32,000 bases of DNA from Breznakia sp. PF5-3 (GTDB taxonomy: Bacteria; Bacillota_I; Bacilli_A; Erysipelotrichales; Erysipelotrichaceae), in the NCBI RefSeq assembly GCF_029504745.1, contig NZ_JAQFIQ010000012.1, positions 21,268-53,267 on the forward strand, in the 5' to 3' direction. The position numbers were made by a program, and so were the translations under genes. Position 1 is the first letter of the stretch. Each line of letters opens with the position of its first letter. Shown here in pieces: positions 27,822-32,000 of this stretch. Under the pieces are notes generated by a model, which was not told the DNA's origin, ran no database searches, and saw only the letters and a list, made by a program, of their open reading frames with translations.

Positions 27822-28223
27822 ATGGATAAAAAGAAAAAAGTGGCTTTTGTTTGTGTTCATAATTCATGTAGATCACAGATGGCTGAAGCATTAGGGAGAC
27901 ATTTCGCAAACGAAGTGTTTGAATCCTATAGTGCAGGTACAAAAATAAAAGCAAATATAAACCATGATGCGATTGAAACAATGAAAAAGTGCTATTCTAT
28001 TGATATGGAAGAAATCCAATATCCAAAGTTATTATCTGATATTCCACCTGTAGATATCGTTATAACAATGGGTTGTAATGTAGATTGTCCAATCATTGAT
28101 GGTGTATATTATGAAGATTGGGGATTAGAAGACCCTAGTGGCAAGTCTTTACTTGAGTTTGAAAAAACAGCACAGATAATTGAACAGAAAGTTAAAGATT
28201 TGAAAAGTCGATTGATGGATTAA
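27822..28223 (+). CDS. arsC: Arsenate reductase, LMW-PTPase (thioredoxin-coupled) type
   Basis: 133 aa. P-loop VAFVCVHNSCRSQMAE (CX5R), followed by a Cys pair in TMGCNVDCP. Confidence 0.9.
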   Translation: MDKKKKVAFVCVHNSCRSQMAEALGRHFANEVFESYSAGTKIKANINHDAIETMKKCYSIDMEEIQYPKLLSDIPPVDIVITMGCNVDCPIIDGVYYEDWGLEDPSGKSLLEFEKTAQIIEQKVKDLKSRLMD

Positions 28224-28272
28224 AAATAGTTGTATACTAATATAAAGTATAATTGAGTAGAAAGTGAGAATT

Positions 28273-28905
28273 ATGAAATATTTAAGAGATATTGGGTTGT
28301 TTGATGGTGTTAGTGAAGAATCATTACATATCATTTCACAAAAAGTAACGATAAGAAATTATAAACGAAATGAAATACTTTTTCATATTGGAGATATAAT
28401 TCAAGGTGTTTTTGTGATTTTAGAAGGTAATTTAGAAATATGTAGTTATGATATTGGTGGCAATAAAAAATTAGTAACGGTATTAGATGAAGGGGAAATG
28501 TTTGCAGAATCGGTTGCCTTGGGTGAAGATCATATTTCACCATTTGATATTATCGCAACCAAACCCTTAAAGGTTGCTTATATTACAAAAGAAATTATGT
28601 TTACATTTCCAAAACAAGTTTTGGAAAATATGATTTGCATACTTTCAACAAAAAATACGTTCTTAACTCATAAATTGGAATGTCTTAATAAGAATACAGT
28701 GAAAGAACGTTTATATGAGGTATTGAATTTTTATCGTATTAAACAACAATCTCACATTGTGAATTTACCATTTAATAAGACACAATTGGCTGAATATTTA
28801 TGTGTGAATCGAAGTAGCTTATCAAGAGAAATTCATTTAATGGAAAAGGATGGAATTATAAAAGTAGAGAAACAAAAATATGTATTAAATAAAGAATTCT
28901 TTTAA
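28273..28905 (+). CDS. Crp/Fnr-family transcriptional regulator (HcpR-like by context)
   Basis: cNMP-binding-like beta-barrel followed by a C-terminal HTH (TQLAEYLCVNRSSLSREIHLMEKDGII). The track gives GTG at 28264; I prefer the ATG at 28273. Lies directly upstream of hcp. Confidence 0.85.
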   Translation: MKYLRDIGLFDGVSEESLHIISQKVTIRNYKRNEILFHIGDIIQGVFVILEGNLEICSYDIGGNKKLVTVLDEGEMFAESVALGEDHISPFDIIATKPLKVAYITKEIMFTFPKQVLENMICILSTKNTFLTHKLECLNKNTVKERLYEVLNFYRIKQQSHIVNLPFNKTQLAEYLCVNRSSLSREIHLMEKDGIIKVEKQKYVLNKEFF

Positions 28906-28918
28906 AAGTGTTGGAATT

Positions 28919-28973
28919 ATCACATCTTAAATAACATCTCAAGTTTATAGTATAGCTATAAAGGAGATGTTAT
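28919..28973 (+). promoter_or_regulatory. Tandem 12-mers and a 10-bp perfect inverted repeat covering the hcp Shine-Dalgarno
   Basis: ATCACATCTTAA (28919-28930) and ATAACATCTCAA (28931-28942) lie in tandem. ATAACATCTC (28931-28940) is the exact reverse complement of GAGATGTTAT (28964-28973), which includes the GGAG of the hcp RBS. Confidence 0.4.
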
Positions 28974-28978
28974 TTTTT

Positions 28979-30517
28979 ATGAAAACAGCAATGTATTGTA
29001 ATCAATGTGAAGAGACGGCAGCAAATAAAGCATGTACGGTTAGTGGAGTTTGTGGAAAAGATAGTGAGTTAGCAAATTTGATGGATGAATTAAAGGAGTA
29101 TCTTAAAGTTTTATCTTTACAAATTAAAGATGAGAAAGAAGGAAAACTGGAAGAAAAGCATTTTATTATGAATAGTATGTTTAAATTAATTACAAATGCA
29201 AATTTTAGTCACGAGAGTATCCAAAAACAAATATTGCTTGCAAAGACGTATACCAAAAGAGATGATGTAGTAGCAATTTATGAAGAAGATGAAGATTTAA
29301 ATGCTTTAAAATCTTTAATTATGGGTGGTTTGATGGGGATGAGCGCTTATCATTCTCATGCAATTCATTTAGGGCATGAAGATAATGAAATTCATAATTT
29401 CTTAATTGAGACATTAGCAAAAATAAATGATATAAAGGAATTAGATGAATTGCTTAAAATTAGTGATAGATGTGGATATTATGGTGTAAAGGTAATGGCA
29501 TTATTGGATCATGCAAACACTACAAAATATGGGAATCCTGAAATCACGAAAGTTAATATAGGAGTAGGAAAGCGTCCTGGAATATTGGTATCAGGTCATG
29601 ACTTAAAAGATATTGAACAATTGTTAGAACAAAGCCAGGGAAGTGGTGTTGATATTTATACTCATAGTGAAATGCTTCCAGCTCATTATTATCCAAATTT
29701 AAAGAAATATGATCATTTGGTTGGTAATTATGGAAATGCGTGGTGGAAGCAAACAAGTGAATTTGAATCTTTTCATGGACCAATTATTTTCACAACGAAC
29801 TGTATTGTTCCACCAAAAGCAAATGCTAGTTATGTAGATAAAACATATGCAACAGGAAATTGTGATTATCCAACCTTCAAACGAATAAAAGAATTACCAG
29901 ATGGAACGAAGGATTTTAGTGAGGTAATCGCGCAAGCCCAAAATTGTCAACCGCCTCAAGAAATTGAAAATGGTGAAATAGTTGGTGGATTTGCACATAA
30001 TCAAGTGTTAAGCTTAGCAGATGCGGTAGTTGAAAATATTAAAAATGGATCCATTCGCAAGTTTGTGGTAATGAGTGGATGTGATGGAAGAAAACGTGAT
30101 CGTAACTATTATGCAGAATTTGCTAAAACATTAGCAGATGATACGATTATTTTAACTTCTGGTTGTGCAAAATATCGTTATAATAAATTACAACTTAAGG
30201 ATATTAATGGAATACCTAGAGTTTTGGATGCAGGACAATGTAATGATTCATATTCCTGGGTAGTAGTTGCGATGAAGTTAAAAGAGGTATTTGAATTAAA
30301 TGATATAAATGAGTTACCTATCTCATTTAATATTGCATGGTATGAACAAAAAGCTATCATTGTTTTATTGTCGTTGTTGCATTTGGGAATTAAGGATATT
30401 AAAGTGGGACCAACATTACCAGGGTATTTAAGTAAAAATACAGCAGCATATTTAGTAGAACATTATGGAATAAGTGGTATAAATAGTGTTGGTGAGGACA
30501 TTAAAACATTTGGCTAG
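28979..30517 (+). CDS. hcp: Hybrid-cluster protein / hydroxylamine reductase
   Basis: The N-terminal Cys motif [19 protein letters not shown] (C-X2-C-X8-C-X5-C) and the length fit Hcp. The track gives 28967; I prefer the ATG at 28979 ([10 protein letters not shown]). Confidence 0.9.
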   Translation: MKTAMYCNQCEETAANKACTVSGVCGKDSELANLMDELKEYLKVLSLQIKDEKEGKLEEKHFIMNSMFKLITNANFSHESIQKQILLAKTYTKRDDVVAIYEEDEDLNALKSLIMGGLMGMSAYHSHAIHLGHEDNEIHNFLIETLAKINDIKELDELLKISDRCGYYGVKVMALLDHANTTKYGNPEITKVNIGVGKRPGILVSGHDLKDIEQLLEQSQGSGVDIYTHSEMLPAHYYPNLKKYDHLVGNYGNAWWKQTSEFESFHGPIIFTTNCIVPPKANASYVDKTYATGNCDYPTFKRIKELPDGTKDFSEVIAQAQNCQPPQEIENGEIVGGFAHNQVLSLADAVVENIKNGSIRKFVVMSGCDGRKRDRNYYAEFAKTLADDTIILTSGCAKYRYNKLQLKDINGIPRVLDAGQCNDSYSWVVVAMKLKEVFELNDINELPISFNIAWYEQKAIIVLLSLLHLGIKDIKVGPTLPGYLSKNTAAYLVEHYGISGINSVGEDIKTFG

Positions 30518-30678
30518 GAAAATGTAAAAAGTTTAGAAAAAGAGAAAATAGAGCTAAGAAAAGTAGCAGTAAGGATATTATAAAAGCTATTTTTAAATGC
30601 TCTTTTTTTTGATGAAGTTCTGTTTTTAGAATGCGAAAGTTTGCTATAATAGAATAAATGCTTAAGGAGGGAATAACA

Positions 30679-31668
30679 ATGAAAATAGTAGATATGCACT
30701 GTGATACGATTATTGGATTATTACAATTACAAAAAGAAGGAAAAGATGTATCTTTGTTTGATAATCATAAACATATAGATGTTAAGAAAATGAAACAAGG
30801 TGATTATTTATTGCAAAACTTTGCCATCTTCACGGATTTTAAAAATGATGATCTTATGTTACATGTACAAGAAGGTATAGACTTGTATTATCAAGAGTTA
30901 GAAAAAAATAAAGACTATATAAGAGCTGTTTATACATATGATGATATTGAAAAAAATAGACAAGCAGGATATATGTCAGCAATGCTGACACTTGAAGAAG
31001 GTGATGTTGTATTTGATAGTTTAGCTATATTAAGAAATTATTATCGTTTAGGTGTAAGGATGATTACATTAACATGGAATTATCCCAATGCTATAGGTTC
31101 TCCTAACTTTAATATGGAAAGTAAAAAAGCATACCAAGATATGTTTTCATATAATACAAAAGATGGGTTGAGTGAATTTGGTATCGCTTATGTTCAAGAG
31201 ATGGAGCGTTTAGGTATTATTATTGATGTTTCACATTTATCAGATGCAGGATTCTATGATGTATGTAAATATACAAGTAAGCCTTTTGTTGCATCACATT
31301 CAAATGCACGAAGTGTTTGTGGAGTTTCTAGAAATCTTAGTGATGATATGATTGCTCAAATTGCAAAACGTGGGGGAGTGATTGGAATTAATTTCTGTGG
31401 AGACTTTCTTGTAGAAAGTGAAACTGGCAATGCTGCTTCACGTGTTGAAGATATGGTGAAACATATTAAACATATGAAAGAAATAGGGGGGATTGATTGC
31501 ATTGCTTTAGGAAGTGATTTTGATGGAATTGATTCTGTGTTAGAAATTGAAGATGCTTCACAAATGGGGAAATTAGAAGCAGCACTTTTAAAAGAACATT
31601 TTACCCAAGAAGAAATTGAAAAGATTTGTTATAAGAATGTATTGCGAGTATATAAAGAAGTATTGTAA
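30679..31668 (+). CDS. Peptidase M19 family membrane-dipeptidase homolog
   Basis: The track gives 30658. The ATG at 30679 follows AAGGAGGG. MKIVDMHCDT, ITLTWNY, IIDVSHLSD and ASHSNAR are characteristic M19 blocks. Confidence 0.85.
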   Translation: MKIVDMHCDTIIGLLQLQKEGKDVSLFDNHKHIDVKKMKQGDYLLQNFAIFTDFKNDDLMLHVQEGIDLYYQELEKNKDYIRAVYTYDDIEKNRQAGYMSAMLTLEEGDVVFDSLAILRNYYRLGVRMITLTWNYPNAIGSPNFNMESKKAYQDMFSYNTKDGLSEFGIAYVQEMERLGIIIDVSHLSDAGFYDVCKYTSKPFVASHSNARSVCGVSRNLSDDMIAQIAKRGGVIGINFCGDFLVESETGNAASRVEDMVKHIKHMKEIGGIDCIALGSDFDGIDSVLEIEDASQMGKLEAALLKEHFTQEEIEKICYKNVLRVYKEVL

Positions 31669-31715
31669 TAACGACATTCTAAATAGATATAAAATTTTGT
31701 AAAGTCTATAAAGAA

Positions 31716-31744
31716 TTGAAAAGAGTAAGATAAGTTGCTATAAT
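31716..31744 (+). promoter_or_regulatory. Sigma-A promoter driving a ~230-nt leader
   Basis: -35 TTGAAA (31716-31721), 17-nt spacer, TGcTATAAT with the -10 hexamer at 31739-31744. Confidence 0.6.
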
Positions 31745-31764
31745 TTATGTCAAGGGAAGAATAA

Positions 31765-31830
31765 ATGTATTATATAGAAATGATGGAAATGGGAATGATA
31801 AAATTAATAGCAAGCTTAAAAAGCAATTGA
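31765..31830 (+). other. Candidate 21-codon Met-rich leader mini-ORF
   Basis: ATG at 31765 follows AAGGGAAG. It encodes MYYIEMMEMGMIKLIASLKSN, and 5 of the first 11 codons are ATG. It starts ~15 nt downstream of the predicted transcript start. Confidence 0.3.
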
Positions 31831-31977
31831 TAAGATATTTTTGTTGTTGCATAAAACAAAGCAATTTTATAAGCTAGAAAATTAAAAAAGTATCATAGGC
31901 CATGATGGATAGGCTACAATAAAGTAGACAGAAAAGATAAGGTTGTCATGGTAAAATAGAAGAGCGAGGAAAAGAAA

Positions 31978-32000
31978 ATGACAACAAGAAGAGAACGTAG
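31978..32000 (+). CDS. 5' end of an unidentified gene (MTTRRER...), continues beyond the right edge
   Basis: ATG at 31978 is preceded by GAGGAAAAG. Only 7 codons are visible. Confidence 0.4.

Overview
This is a strongly AT-rich, densely coding chromosomal segment with Gram-positive (Bacillota-type) signatures. These include AAGGAGG-like Shine-Dalgarno sites 5-9 nt before starts, lipoboxes, PRD/PTS sugar modules and AT-rich hairpin terminators. I found no rRNA, tRNA, CRISPR array, transposase, integrase or phage structural gene. From left to right the window holds: a partial TetR regulator with twin palindromic operators; a small ORF plus two tandem paralogous lipoproteins; PTS module 1, made of a PRD-type activator, lactose/cellobiose-family PTS components (IIA, IIC, IIB) and a GH1 6-phospho-beta-glycosidase; a DUF5131 three-Cys protein plus a DUF303/SGNH esterase; a group II PLP decarboxylase with a divergent LysR regulator; a membrane protein plus a small XRE regulator; PTS module 2, made of a second PRD activator, IIB-IIC-IIA and a GH1 whose catalytic acid/base Glu is replaced by Gln; an AbiEi antitoxin next to a truncated AbiEii toxin; a WYL/YafY regulator, an isochorismatase-like hydrolase and a Cys-rich 321-aa protein; DeoR with a NagB-like deaminase, HxlA and HxlB; an AAA_14/DUF4143 ATPase-nuclease; arsR, a PF03773-type permease, a thioredoxin-like protein and arsC; a Crp/Fnr regulator with hybrid-cluster protein; an M19 dipeptidase; and a long leader with a Met-rich mini-ORF before a gene that runs off the right edge. 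Sequence alone does not demonstrate an unambiguous novel multi-gene system. The best leads are the Gln-variant GH1 inside an intact PTS operon, the accessory patch at 17.7-26 kb (Abi remnant, WYL module, ATPase-nuclease), the orphan DUF5131-esterase pair, and the DeoR-NagB-HxlAB operon. All family assignments come from motif recognition by eye and were not confirmed by any search.
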